Assembly: GCA_905178155.1 (NCBI GenBank)
Contig: CAJINV010000005.1
Location: forward strand, 3,947,556-4,011,555
Length of the DNA: 64,000 nt
Direction: 5' to 3'
DNA from: Amoebophrya sp. A120
Taxonomy: Eukaryota; Protista; Dinoflagellata
Position 1 is the stretch's first letter. Every line of letters begins with the position of its first letter. Below, piece by piece: positions 1-13,089 of this stretch. The translations under genes and the position numbers were made by a program. Below the pieces are notes generated by a model. That model was given only the letters and a program-made list of their open reading frames with translations, did no database searches and had not been told where the DNA came from.

Positions 1-157
1 GCCGCGAAATCGTTGGCGAATTGCGGGTAGTGGCTGTTGCGGAGTTAATTTTTGGGACTGCATTTTGATTTGTTTTCGTCTGCTACTGCAAAACTTTAAA
101 TGATTATTAGGATACAGTAGTACTTTTCTGAAAGAACTAGGGCAAAAAAAATATTTT

Positions 158-3085
158 TTACAAGCGCTCGTATTGCCACTTCTCCGTCTGTCCGCCTTCG
201 GTCTTGCGCGCCGCCACTTCGGCGTCTGTGGCACCAATTTTGTGAATTGATTTACCCGCCTTCTTTTTGTTGATCGTGTTGTCGGCGAAAATAGAAGGCA
301 TGGACTTCTGCTGGTCGTGCTGTTTCTGGAGAGCAATCAGATTTCGCAAATGGTGTCCGACATTTCCGTTGACAGCGCCGTCGCTGTTGAAAGTGTCGCG
401 CTCCGCGGCATGCAGCAAATGCACTTTCGTTTCTCCGTTTTCCGTGCGCACCTGCCATCCGCTAACCGGCGTCAGTTTATCCAGAGCCTTCTGCAGCAGG
501 TCGTCAACCTTCTGGAATTTGTCCGCCCCAAAGTACAGATCAAGCACGTCGCAGGGGGTCGTCATCGTGCAATCTTGCACTATCTTCTTGTTGTTGGCAT
601 CTGATATTAATAAAGGCATCGGGATGGCGTCAAATTTGACTCGCAAAAATTTCGTAGCATGCAAGCTGACGGTGAGTGGACGGAAACACTTCACGAGCGG
701 AGATGGAGAACCGTCGTCGCTCCCCGCGTATGATAAAAGTTAAGTTGCTATGATCCAGCTCCATTTAATTCTCACACGGATAAATAAAATATAAGGCTCT
801 GTAGTTAATAACAGGGAAAGCCAAAAGATCTGTCCTTCTTGACCAACGTTGCAAAAGACAGCTCTTACCGCGATTGGACGTCATGAGGACTTTGTCGGCG
901 GCCAGGGCGAATTTGGAGGCGTTCGCCGTGTTGAACTCGACGTCTTTCAGCAGGTACTTGAGTGAGAGAGACCGGACTTCGGCGCTTGCATCCGAGGAGG
1001 TGCGGAAGTTGAAGACGGACACCGGAATGCCGTTGTCCTGGGCGCTGGACACATGCATGTACTTCGGGACATTGGCGAATTGCGTCTGCACTTCCTTGAT
1101 AATCTTGTTAGCATCCTTCTGGCTGTCGCTCAAACTGGTGTGTTTTCATGGGAGGAGATCCGATGAGGAATAGATGTTACTACAACTGAGAGACTTGTGA
1201 TAACAAGTCAAACACAAAAATGCTGTTCTTTTTAATCTTTTGTTCATCGGATGTCGAGAGTTAAATAATAATATCCCGCGCTCGTTCTGAACAACAACAA
1301 AGCAAAGAAATGAAGTTAATACTTCGTTCCCCGTTGCGGCTTGAGTTGCTGCACAATGGTTTTGAAGTCGGTGTTAAAGTTGCCCTCCGCGTCTTTCGAG
1401 TTGACGACGTCGGCTTTCTGCAGCTTGTTCCACGTGACGATACCGATTTTGGACTTTCGCGAGGCCATAAACGCGTCGCCGATCGCATTGTTGAAAGCCA
1501 AACCCTGGGACTCCGAGAGCAGCATAACCAGGTAGCAGCAGATGACGCCCTTCCAGAAGGTGGGAGCGTGCTTTTTCTCGCCGGTGAGGGGCTGCTGTTC
1601 CTCCTCGTCCTCCTCGTCTGAGCTCTCATCCAGATTCTTGCCGGACACTAACCGAGCCTCATCCGCAATCGAGGAGCGTCGGCCGGTCGCGCTGTTCACG
1701 GACTTCCTATTCGCCTGCTTCTCCAAATCAGCCACGCTCACTTCCGCCTCTGCCTTCGGGGTGAAGAAGTAGTACATGAGTCCGGCCGACACACCAACGG
1801 CGCCAATCAGCGAACCCAGAGCAATGAAAAAGGTCATCATGCCACTGGCCTGTCGTGTTTTAGAAAAGGTTTGTTCATCATGATCCCTTTGTTCCGATGA
1901 CGGAACATTACGCCGAGGAGGTTCTTTCCGACTATGGGATGCACAGATAACTCGAGTAATCAAAGTTTTTCCACTATCGGGCTAAGAAACAAACAGCGTA
2001 TATAAAACATCTCCTCTTGTCCACCACTATGATCATGTACGAAACAACATCAAATATTTAAAAACAGTCTGTACCTTCTCTTCTTCGGTCGTGAAGTTGT
2101 TGGCTTCTTTGTAGAAGTCGTAAGCTTTGAGGCAGATGACCGCGGACATGGCATCCAGCATCAAGTACAGACCGGAGATCAAAGTGCACATCGACTCGGG
2201 AGAGTTACGGATTGTCCCGAGCAAGGTACCAAAGCCCAATCCCTTGGAGCCCTGCCCCGCGAGACAGAGACCGACAATCACCATGACCGGAACCACGTTC
2301 CTCACACCGAGACCCACCATGATGAAGCCCGTTGCGCACAAGGTACCACCGTACAGACACGTGACCGTGGCGCCAAACGCATCAAAGACGAGACCTGGGA
2401 TAATATTGATGAGGGCGGAGTCGAGGGAGCGCTAAAGGGTGTGTGAAGTGGGTGCTCTTTGTGCTTTTTGGACCCCGACTTTCATTCTTGCAAAGCAAAA
2501 AATAGAAAGTTTGAATGCTGCGCTCCTGCTACACTTGTTTGCAAAGTGGACGAAATGTCGTGTCCGGCACAAAAATACTTTAAGTATTCTTGCAATAATA
2601 TCATGTCACGAAAAACGTATGAGGTAATTGAATTGTACCAGGGAAGATGGCAAGGTATTGACCGAAGAAGCCCGCGTAGTAGGCAATATCGACGCCATCA
2701 GAGTAAGAGTTGACCTTCTTCGCCACTTCATCCAAATCCGTACTTTCGGTGGTTGCGTAGTACTTCCAGTAGTCGGTGATTCCTCCCTTGAGGTATGAGT
2801 AGCCGTAGAGCGTACCTTCAAGATAAGATTTAGGTTTTATTTTGCTTTGAAAAAGGCCACACTCGTTGAAACTTCCAACCGGAACAGGCGTCAATGGAAA
2901 TGGATACATATTACCTCCGTTATTCTGCGAAATAAAATATTCGTTTGTATAATAGCAGCTTTTGTTTTCAGGGAAAAAAAATTTTCGAATGCAACTCTCA
3001 GTATACCTACGAACGCCGAGGCAACGGCTCCTGTGATAAGGAGGGCCCAATTGATGGGCTTCTCATCTTTTTTGTCGAGTCCCAT
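158..3085 (-). CDS. Multi-exon membrane protein: MFS/nodulin-like N-terminal TM bundle plus unknown C-terminal region
   Basis: Inferred ATG at 3085 (MGLDKKDEKPINWALLITGAVASAFVG). GT-AG joins give TLYGYSYL..., FPGLVFDAFGATVTCLYGG, EEEK|ASGMMTFFIALG and TN|LSDSQKD, linking ORFs 2601, 2033, 1316, 765 and 158. Several hydrophobic helices. Confidence 0.5.
729..867. mobile_element. Eroded introner-type intron
   Basis: Perfect 5-bp direct repeat CCGCG at 724-728 and 868-872. One end is TAT; the other reads TAA on the coding strand. No clear internal inverted repeat remains. Confidence 0.5.
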
Positions 3086-3927
3086 TTTGATTCTAGAGAT
3101 GTCGAGATGCAACACAGACCGTTCTCCGACAAGAGAAGCAGTGTGAAATAAACCGAAAGAGCAATCACCAAGGTGACGACTAAACAAACCCCGCAGAGGG
3201 TTGTATGATTGAAGATATCACCTTCAAGAAAAGATGCCCCTGAAGATAAAATGAGGTAAAAAAGTGTTGCGCGACTTGCTTGATATTGGAAAAGGCTAAA
3301 TTGATATACCATGCTTACAAAGATTTTTATCTTGAGTACTTGCTCGCTTCGAGCTTTTTAAATCGGACCACATTCATCGAGCTTTTTAAATCGGACCACG
3401 AAAGCAGAGCCAGATCCGGACATGTCGTTACTTGCATGTCGTTACTTGGCGGGACTACTCACAGCGGCACAAAATGAACGTGCAGATCATGATCTCACCA
3501 TCCTCCTACACAAGTAAAGCTGTGATCTTCTGTTGCAGCGGATCTCCACGAGAGAAAAGCAAGTTAAGTAGGTTAAGCTGCAATAGGAGAACGAGACTTA
3601 AATATCTAGGCAAGGATCTAAAATAAAAGCTCGGGATCTTTTGCTTTTCTGCGACGTTTGCCGTAACTGCAAATTCGGTGTCGCAGCTGGCAATCTAAAC
3701 TGCACGAAGAGAAGTAGTCTTCAGAACAATAGAACTACGTCTAGATGATGGGCTTTGCCGAGATACGAAATTTAAATTTTGGTCATGTCTGTCATTCTCA
3801 TGCTTTTTAGATCATCGTGACTCGAGCTGCTTGTGTGTAACATGAGCGCGCATGACGGAAAAAGAATCCTCAGCATGATCTAAATATGAACTTCTTTAGT
3901 TATGGTTCCTCGCACGTCATTCATTTT

Positions 3928-6348
3928 TCATGTGCCGCGTGCTTTCGGGCTAAAAGAGACCACCGGCTTCTCGACCTTGAGCCCGGAAACCATGTCGCCG
4001 TTTTCGTACAGAAGTCGCACGGTGCAATTGTCATTTTCTAGACTTCGCTTGCCCGCCTCGAGGATCGCGGTCACCATCAGCGTCGTCTTTCCCGTCGGCA
4101 GGTCGCAGTCGCAGTCTTTGGCAGTCCTTTTTCCCTCGTTGATCTCTTTCGCGGCCTCGACAAATTTCTGGAAGCTGACGTAGCCGTACCCGCTTTGCCC
4201 GCAGTAGCAATTTCGGGAGTCGGGCACGTTGCGAATGTACAGCGGATTCAGCGACTGCAAGCCGTTCGTTTGCTCGCCGGCAAACGTGTACCCCCGGTGA
4301 CACTGGTCCGTCGTTATTTCGCCCTTCTCCATGAGGCAGAAAAAGCGCTGCTGACTGTGCACATCCGACTTTGCCGCGGTCCACGAGGCCGTGTACGTCG
4401 CGTGCCCAAAGGTTTTCGGCGACGGGGCTGCCGCGCTTTCGCTCTCTTGCGGCGTCGTCGCTGACGATGCTGCAGCAACATCCTCAACGTTAATATTTTC
4501 CCACTCCGCCATGAGCGTAATCGTGTCTTCGCAGGGACCTGTAGTGTAGACACAATCAGATGAATCTTCATCACGTGGTCGCAGGAGAAGCACAGGCTTG
4601 TGCACGAAAACACGATTTAGAGCATTGCTCGCCTGCCTTTGCGCTAATACAAGCACACACGCACATGGTAGTTTTTGCGACGTTACTAAACAGGTACAAA
4701 GATGACGACGGGCACAAAAGTGAAAGTCGGTAAAAAAGCTTTCGGGACGAGATATTAAAACCAAAATACGTCCTAGCAGCTCCTCTGCGACGCCCGTCGA
4801 CGCGAGGGCACGGACCGATACGCACCGGGCGCGACCTTGCATCATCCAGACGTGAAGGTCCACGTGGTGTGAATTCAAGTAGTAGGAAATATCGCTTGAG
4901 AGGCCGGCCCACGAGCGGAAGGTCTCCAGCTGAAATTTTGGCTGCGACATGTGGGAGATGCACTGCAAACATGGTCGTGCTGTCAGGATGCTATCAGAAG
5001 CAAAGGCAGTGACGCGAAAATCGATCACGTGCACTCGAAAATTCTAGCTAATATTTCTCGTGCTCTACTACGCAACCATATGCAACATGTGCACCGAGCA
5101 ACAGTGCGCCATGCAGGACTCTTATCTCAGCAACGTGACATGCAAGCATTGGTGAAGGTTCTTGCCCTGACCTTGATGTGACCATGATGCATCTGCAGGA
5201 TAAAGCTCGTGAAAAAGTTAAACCGACCCAGATCACCGCTGTGAATGCGCAATTTATGCACATGAAATTCGGGTTGAGCGAGTCAAAATCTGCGGTGTTC
5301 AATAACGAATTGCGTCAGCTCTTATTTGAAAAGCCTTACAGCGATTGAAGATACACGGGTCATGCCATCGTGATGTGCCTCATGCATGTTCCTTCGCTGT
5401 GCGATTGCGCAGAGTCGTAAAAATGCAAACAAGTCAAATACATTTACATTCATCACGACAAGTGAGTATGCTGATGCACCCGTATCCTAGTACGCATTTG
5501 ATGACAGGCACTGACTGATGAATTCTGAACAGGATAAATCCGTGCGTCATTGTACATCGGGTCGAATCTCTTGTGCACCTCAATTTGCAGCAAAAGATTT
5601 TTGGCCTCCGCGAGAGCGACCAGCTCCAAGTGCTCCTCCAACGTTTTCACCATGGGTTTTGTGCACATCACGTGCAGGCCCCTCTGCAGCGCGGCCTTGC
5701 AGATTTCAAAGTGAGTGTCATCGGGTGTGAACACGGAGCAGATATCCCCCGGCTGAAACGCTTCCACCGCTTCCCGGTACGCTTGCGGGTCCCGCGCCAC
5801 GCCTTTTTTGGGAAACTGCTCGAAGCTGAGGTTTTTCACGTTGTCGAACTTGATATTCTTCGCAAAATGCTCCCGAATCTGCTCAAACTTGTCACCGTTC
5901 GTGCCGCAGAGGCCGATCTTTTCGCCAATGAGTTTACGCTCGTGCATATCATGAGTAAAAGTAGCCCACCAACCCCCTAGTCAAGACAGGAAATAACCTG
6001 CTACGCAAATCTGGTTCTGGACATCGCTTTGGGGGTTGTGCATTGAAGTTTAGTTTTAGATACGGTGTGTGAGTGGGCGTAGCTGGTGCCCACGACGCGC
6101 CAAAAATTGACCGGCATACACATGCTGCGTGCAACATGACAAGGTGTCGAAGCGAAGTCGAAAGTGGGTGGTCTGGGGTTCATGCAGATTCGTGTGACAT
6201 CAAACATGGGGCGGGTACGCTTTTACACAGGATAACGCAGGTCAAAGTGGACAAGCCCGACCACTCCTAGCGATTTGTCGGATTTACTCTGACCCGACGG
6301 CGTGTAGCCCGTCACGTACTCGCCGACGCCACAGATCAGAGCGTTCAT
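3928..6348 (-). CDS. Gfo/Idh/MocA NAD(P)-dependent oxidoreductase (D-galacturonate reductase GaaA-like), multi-exon
   Basis: Motifs MNALICGVGEYVTGY...SDKSLGVVGLVHFDLR, VFTPDDTH, HVMCTKP, EVHKRFDPMY, MSQPKFQLETFRSWAG..SDISYYLNSHHVD, ASWTAAKSDVHSQQRF and GQSGYGYVSF. Confidence 0.85.
5947..6234. mobile_element. Introner family B (diverged copy)
   Basis: TATCATGAGTAAAA ... TTTTACACAGGATA; flanks GTGCA/ACGCA. Removal joins DLR|ERKLIG. Confidence 0.8.
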
Positions 6349-7194
6349 CTTCCGGCTCTGTGTCTGCGGTATGGCTTACATACAAATGTCCAAAGGGATT
6401 TTCGGATGTCGAAATTGTGTAAGTAGAACGCAGCGACGAGGCTTCGCTATCACCATCCAGGGGGTAAAAGAAATGCTCGAGGAGAGGATCGGTAAGTACT
6501 TATGTACTTAGCTGCCCAACAAAAGGAACTGCGAGCTTTTCTGGTCCACCAGAGAGAAAATGGGTACAAGAAATCGACAAGAAGGTACGACCGACCTCCG
6601 CAGTAACGAGACTGTGCCTCGTATCTACTTTATACATAGAAAGGACCTTATTACCATCTTCTCCTTGCGGTTGCGGCTGCTAGATCGCAAGTGCGAAAGC
6701 CGGAAGCTGTCCAAATGAACCGATTAGATTGATGCTGACTCAGATGATCAGACCGACCGCAAAAGATCTCTTGCTTCGGGATGTTTCTTTTTTTGTTAAG
6801 GAGGTGAACAGGAATTGTGTTGGTAGTGACTTTCGCGTACGTACGGATAAATAGCCACCAGCGACCTGCAGCTTTAAATAAACTGGCACGTTTGTTGGCG
6901 CTACAGCTAACAAATTTCGCACTGGAACACAGATATGAACACGTTTGTGCCCGTTTCTCGAGTGCAGGATAAGCTTCTGAAGCCCCTCTGATACGACATT
7001 TCAGCGTGTTGATGTCGGAGATTCTTCCGGTCCTTGTTTGATGGGCAACAGTGAATTATTCTCAAAACATTCTCAGCTATGCACCTCTGCCTCGATCGAT
7101 GCGCTTCAACCTCTCTTGCTCTTGAGTTGTTCTGGACTTCTCTTGTTCTACTGGATGCGCGTTCAAATCATGATCGTTATGTCATCGCTTTCGT

Positions 7195-10100
7195 TCAATT
7201 CTCAGAGTCAGAAGAAAAGTCAGCGACTTCTACGACATCGCTCCCCTTGGCTGTCGTCCGCTGCTTCTTTGCACTCGTCGCTCCATCCTGACCGTCTTGC
7301 TCGGCCGCAAGTTTTTTGGCTTTTTGTCGCTGTCGTTTCAGCGCTCGTTTGGATTTTGGTTCGTCGTCTTGTGTGCTGTTGTGCCCCACGACCTTGCTGG
7401 CCATACCCTCCACGTTCTCCTCGTCGCTGTCACCATCCTTGCTGGCGCCATCGGTTCGCTTCTTCGACCCGTCTTTATTTACACCGCTTTTGCTCGTTTC
7501 CATTTCCACACGCGCTTTTTCCACCGTGGCCCGTTCTTGCAGAAGCTCCTTGCGCCATTTTGCCAACGAAACTTCGTTTTCTTCAAAGACAGCAAATTTT
7601 TCCACGAGCTCCTTATCGTCGATGGAGGTGACTGTGATATTGTTGGTAGTATGGTTTTGATTATTTCTGTTTCAGCAAAAAATGTTGCAGTCTACATCTT
7701 CCTTTCATGCATGTCGGTGTCACAGACACAGGAACGGATGTCACTCAAAAGAAGTGAGAAAAAAGTTCAAGAATACATTTTTGTCGCAGCTGGCGGCCCT
7801 CGTTGCAACTGGCTTCGATACTCTGCAGCATGTGGGTGAAGTCCTTTCTCACGACTTTATTCCGGGCGGATTTTGTCAACTTTTTGATCAAAGTTGAAAC
7901 AGGGTGAGAGATCTCCGGAAAGCCCGGACTCCGAGCCATCACTCCCATGGTTTCTACGAAGAGGAACTTCAGGTCCCGCACGCAACCTTCCAGCACGGCC
8001 TGTTGTGGGATAAGATCAATTTCGTGAGAACAATATTGTCTGAAAAACTACAGCGAATCAATCCGGTAACCAACATGACATGAATTCAATGCATGTTTTC
8101 ATCGACCGGCAGCTCTGCTCGGGCTTCGTTTGGTGCTGGGATGATTCTAATGCTATAGGTAGTGTGCTGTTGCACATCGGTCGCATACGCATCAAAAGTT
8201 GAGCTAAGTATACCATGCTGTTCTTGTGCGCGTCGGAGATCCGCAGTGTGACGTCCAGCTCCACAGGTTTCAGCATGGAGGATTCCTTGCTCACTTTGGT
8301 GAAAGAGGCCGCCTTGTCGAGCTGCTCGAGCAGGCGCTGCAGCAGTTGCAGCAGCCGGTCGCACACGGGCACGAATTGGTCCGACGCGTGCTGGACGAAA
8401 TTCAAGCACCTTAGGCAGTGGTAGACGTAGGGAAAAAAGTTCAGACAGCCGGCGCGACTCTCCATGGCGAGCTGGATCACTTTGCAGAGCGGATGCGCGA
8501 GATTCTGCTGCAAAGACTTGAACCCGGTGCGGCACACGACCTTGGAAAAGAGGTACATACTGCGGACGAAGCACCAGTTGTACAGGAGCGAGACCTTTTT
8601 GTCCATGTTCGCCTTCTTCTTCGCCAATTTGCCGTTTGATTTCTGGTTCTGCAGCTGCTTCTCTTTGGTGATTTGACCCATCTGTGAGCAGTCCGCCTTC
8701 GTGCTGTTTCGCACCACGGTGGCCATCTGCCGTATGCTCGCAAAGGTGATACGGAAGGCGGTTCGCTCGTCGAGCTTCAGCAGCTCCACTACGCAGTTTT
8801 CCAGAAATCGAAATTTGGAGACCTCGCGCCAAGAATAGCCCCGCTTAGCCGCATCGGTGAAGGCGCGGATCACCCGCTGCAGAATCTTTTCCAACTCCGC
8901 ACTCGCGTCGACCTGCGTGCAGACATCGAAAAATTGTTTTGATGTATCAGATTTCTTGTATTGCATAATACCATGCATGATGGTTCCTGGTCTCGTCTGA
9001 GACGTTGGTTTATTTTTGATGAATGGTTAATTAATAGAAGCAATACACTGCACGGCAAATGAAAGAACCAAGTTCAATGAGTTTTACCTGGTCTACTGCT
9101 GCGGAGTTGTTTTTCTGCTTTTTGTGCGCCAGTTGCGATGGCAAGGCGCAAGCGTTGCGCAGGAAGAGGAACGCGCTTTCGCGGACTTTCTGCTGTCCGG
9201 ACAGCGACCATAATCCCGCGACGGTCTTCAGGTACAACATGCGTACCTGGCGGAAGGGCCACAGGTATTTTTGCATCTGCAGGTTTTGAAGCGGCAGCAG
9301 AATGCCGGTCAGGTGGGCCGGGTTCGACGTGGAGCGGAGATAAGTGAGGGACTCGCAGAGGAAAATGCGCGCGATGGCCTTCAGCTTTGGCCACTTCTTC
9401 GCCTCCGCGACGTGCTGTTGAGCGCCCGCCGCAGTGGAGGTTGTTGTTCCTAATAAGTGGTGATCGAGCAGCTCGGCCATATGGCTTGCCGTCCAGGTCA
9501 GCACGGCCTGACACACGTTTTCGTCGTCGACTTGGAAAACGCCCTTTCGCTCCTGGGTGCGACGCTCGAATTCTGCGCGGCGCTTCTTGCGCTTGCTCGT
9601 CTCCTTCTTGTCGCCAAAATCACTGTTCAGACTGCTGCCGCCCTTCAGGGTTTGCACGACACTGCGGTACGCGCCAATGACCGCACGGAGGTTGGGAAAG
9701 GACTTTTTCTCCAACGCCAGGCCGCTGATCAGCGTCCACCGCTCCATCGTCAGCTGCTTGCTCTCCTCGGTTTGTTCGCGATTAAGATTTTCATCAGCCA
9801 CACTTGAACTTGATGCGGTTGCGTCGGCCTGTTTGCGCGCGGCACCTCCTTCCGGAGGCCCATCATCTCCACCTGCGCCCGGAGCGGCGGAAAACGTATT
9901 GAGCAACTCGGTGTCGTTCTCGACCAAAAACTTGTAGAACTCCGGATCCGCGGCTTTTAGCTGCTCCAGGTCCGTCGCTTGACCTTCAAAGGTTTCATTG
10001 GCTGCACCATCCCCGCTTATTTGTGTGGATGTTGTCGACGTTCTCTTGGCCCCCGTCGAAGAGGAGGAGGAAGCTGCGCTTTTGGTTGATGCGCTCTGCC

Positions 10101-10551
10101 CACCGCCAAGGAGTTGCCGCGCAGTGTCACCTGTCGCTTTCTTTCCGAGGAGTCTTTCCTCGTCGTCGCTGTCGTCGTCGGACTCGTCACCGCGTAGCAC
10201 GGCATCGATGTCCATATCATCGTCGCTGTCCGCCGCGTCGCTATCGGCGCCATCTTCCGCGTCTTTTGTTGAGAACAGGTTGGACTCGAGCAAATCGTCC
10301 ACGTTCTCAACATCGCTCAGCGCGTCCTCATCGGAATCGGAGTCTTGATCTCGCCCTGATTCGTTTTTTACGCTTTTTTCCTCGTGCTCCTTGGCTTTGC
10401 GCTTGTTCTGCTTCACCGACTCCGCATGCCGGATCTGGTGTGTTTTCTTGGCTTTGGCGCTCTTTTTGGCCGTCTGCCCGCTCCGGCTCTTTTTCGTTAC
10501 CTTCTGCTGTGCCTTGCGGAAATTCTTGGTCTTCTTCGAAACCTTGCCCAT
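7195..10551 (-). CDS. NOC2: Nucleolar complex protein 2 homolog, multi-exon
   Basis: Basic N-terminus MGKVSKKTKNF, acidic tract, LEQLKAADPEFYKFLVENDTELL, LYNWCFVRSMYL, FFPYVYHCLRCL and GFPEISHPV. Confidence 0.85.
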
Positions 10552-11216
10552 GGCGTTCGATGCTGTGGTGCGAAAAAACCGATACAATCAAATGGATACA
10601 AGTTGTAATATTGCGGTGGAACGGAACTGTTTTTCAAAATGGCAATGGCTAGCGAAATAAAGGGAAGCGCAGTCTCGTTTTCAGGTTTTTAATATTTGAG
10701 GAGCGTTGCTGCACTATTGTATAAGATCGTATCCGTTTCTTTACTCGTACCTGGTAGTAGGTGATGTAGTCGATCGGATGCTGAGAAGGAGGATTCACAA
10801 AATCGTTTCTTCGATTCAGGTCTGCTGACCGCTTACAGACGCGGCACGAAATCATGAAACATCATCGACGTGATGCAGAGCCATATACACGACGGAGCTT
10901 TGTTTTCATATTTCTGATCGTTGAATTTTTGCCTCGACCTTGATCAGTTTCGGTGATCCACTTCGATCCTTGTTTCTTCCTGTTCAATCATCTGCACAAA
11001 ATTTTTTGAGCTTAGATCTTCTAGCGGAAACACCGATTTTGGGTGGTGTTTTGTAATCTCCGGGTCCCCGATCTTTGAGCTTCGTCATGCATTCGATGGC
11101 AGACTGTGACTGATGCTGATCGGATCGGATCGGATCATAGGTGGTGATTGGCGGAGCCTCTTACTCTAACCCTCGATAGACAGGAGCGGGTTTACATCTG
11201 TTCGCAGCCTGGCACA

Positions 11217-11321
11217 CGACTAGGATAGAGCAGTGTGGACGCCTCTCTGACGTGGAGTTTCCGACGACGTGGACGCCTCTCCGACTAGGATAGAGCAGTG
11301 TGGACGCCTCTCTGACGTGGA
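11217..11321 (+). repeat. 40-bp direct repeat pair
   Basis: CGACTAGGATAGAGCAGTGTGGACGCCTCTCTGACGTGGA at 11217-11256 and 11282-11321. Confidence 0.85.
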
Positions 11322-13089
11322 AACACGCCTTTGCCCTAAACCCCATGCTATATACTAGTTTCTACAAGACTGTTTTGTAAAAGCAAAAACTACCGACGCC
11401 TCTAGGTATATAAAAACCCTAAACCCGTGCTGACTACTGGTCATTATATAGAGCATGCCTGGATCCCGCGCTGCGATGTTGTCACAAGCAAACAAACGGA
11501 ATTAGGTCGTGATTGGCGTTGCCTCTGATCCTGCAATTTTTCACTCGGTTAATAGCCCTTGATTTTCTGATCTCTACTACGGAGGTGCAAGGAGAACGAT
11601 AGGAACTGTGAGCTATGCGAAGCACGCAGTGCAGGTGCAGCACTTCGCGAGGAAATCATTTCAGTGTAGTTTCATGCTAGCGTTTAATAATTCTTTGTTG
11701 CAGTTCTTTGTATTTCAAACGGAAAATCCTCGACTTCGACATCAAATGATTCACCTTCACAAAAAAATTGAAGCAATTCATAAAACAACTGTCCACGGGG
11801 TGGCACTACAGATGTATATTGCAAACACTTCCCTTGTAATCCAGTCCTCGCTACTTTTTTTGTTGTCTGAATATTTGGACGGCGGTTAAAGAAAGACAGC
11901 ATCAGAGTGTTGCCTAATATTATCCTGCTTGATGCCTGCAAACAATTTATAACACTTCGCCTTCGCGAAGTTATGTAGTTCGTGTGTCGTCTATTCTATG
12001 TTCAAAAGTAAGTAATTGCTTCTTCTATGCGTAGTTTCATCTGTAAGTGTAGCTTTGTGCGAACTGTTTGCGTGTTCGGCCGTTCTTCGAACTTGGTAGC
12101 AGCGACAACGAGTTTTAACAGCGTAAGCACTTGCATCTGTGAGCATCCAGCCGTAGAAAAGCGTTCGTAGAGTCGGCGTCAAGGTCAGTCCATTCGGATT
12201 TGCTCGTGGGTGTAGGCCTAAAATTATCTATTTTTTTTTGTATTTGTTTGCACACTGCATTCTGTTTTCAGCTGCGTCATAATAAACAACAGGAGCAAAT
12301 CAAAGCTTCAAGTTCGTGATTGTGCGAAGCCAACACAAAAAAGACGGGCGGCCCATGTTGATAGACAAAAATATAAATTTTGCATCATGCACCAGAAACT
12401 ACAACTTCTGTGACAGCAGGGGTGTAGAAACAAACTGAAACGAGTAAAACTAGTTTTTGCGCAATAATGCTGTCGTTGCATTGGAAACAGCATATATTCA
12501 ATTTTACTTATTCCGATGTTTATTCCGGGGTGCGGCCGACAACTGTCAGGAACCAATAGAAATTGTACAATATCATCGTCCAAAGTGCATTTTTTTTCTT
12601 GGAAATCGTTGATCTCCAAAACCTGCCTTATTCTGCAAACCAAACCCAAGGTTTATGTCCTTCATTTTCAGCATACTTCATTTTACTTTTTTTCAATAAA
12701 CCACACTGCATTCGGATTAGGTGTTTCAACAACATCCATTTCATCTGAAACGATATGAACTTCGCTGTCCTTTTTTATATGGGAGGTCTTCATTATGATG
12801 CTACTGGTGAAACGCTGGGAGTTTTTTTCTCTGGAAAAAATCTAAAAGTGAACGTTCTTTTGTAGTAACTACTACCGTGACCGCAAATTTGAAAAAATCT
12901 TAAGCCACAAAAAAATGAATTGCGACTGCGGAAAATGATTACACTTGTGTTTAGGCGAAAATCTATCCTGGACCTGAAGCTTGTATTTTTCGCGAAAACT
13001 CAATAAAACTTGTTTGGCGGCGGTGTTGGTGCTGGAAGGGTCTGCATACCTGTCGGTGTCGTGATAAAAAGGGATGCTTCAGGCCAAAA

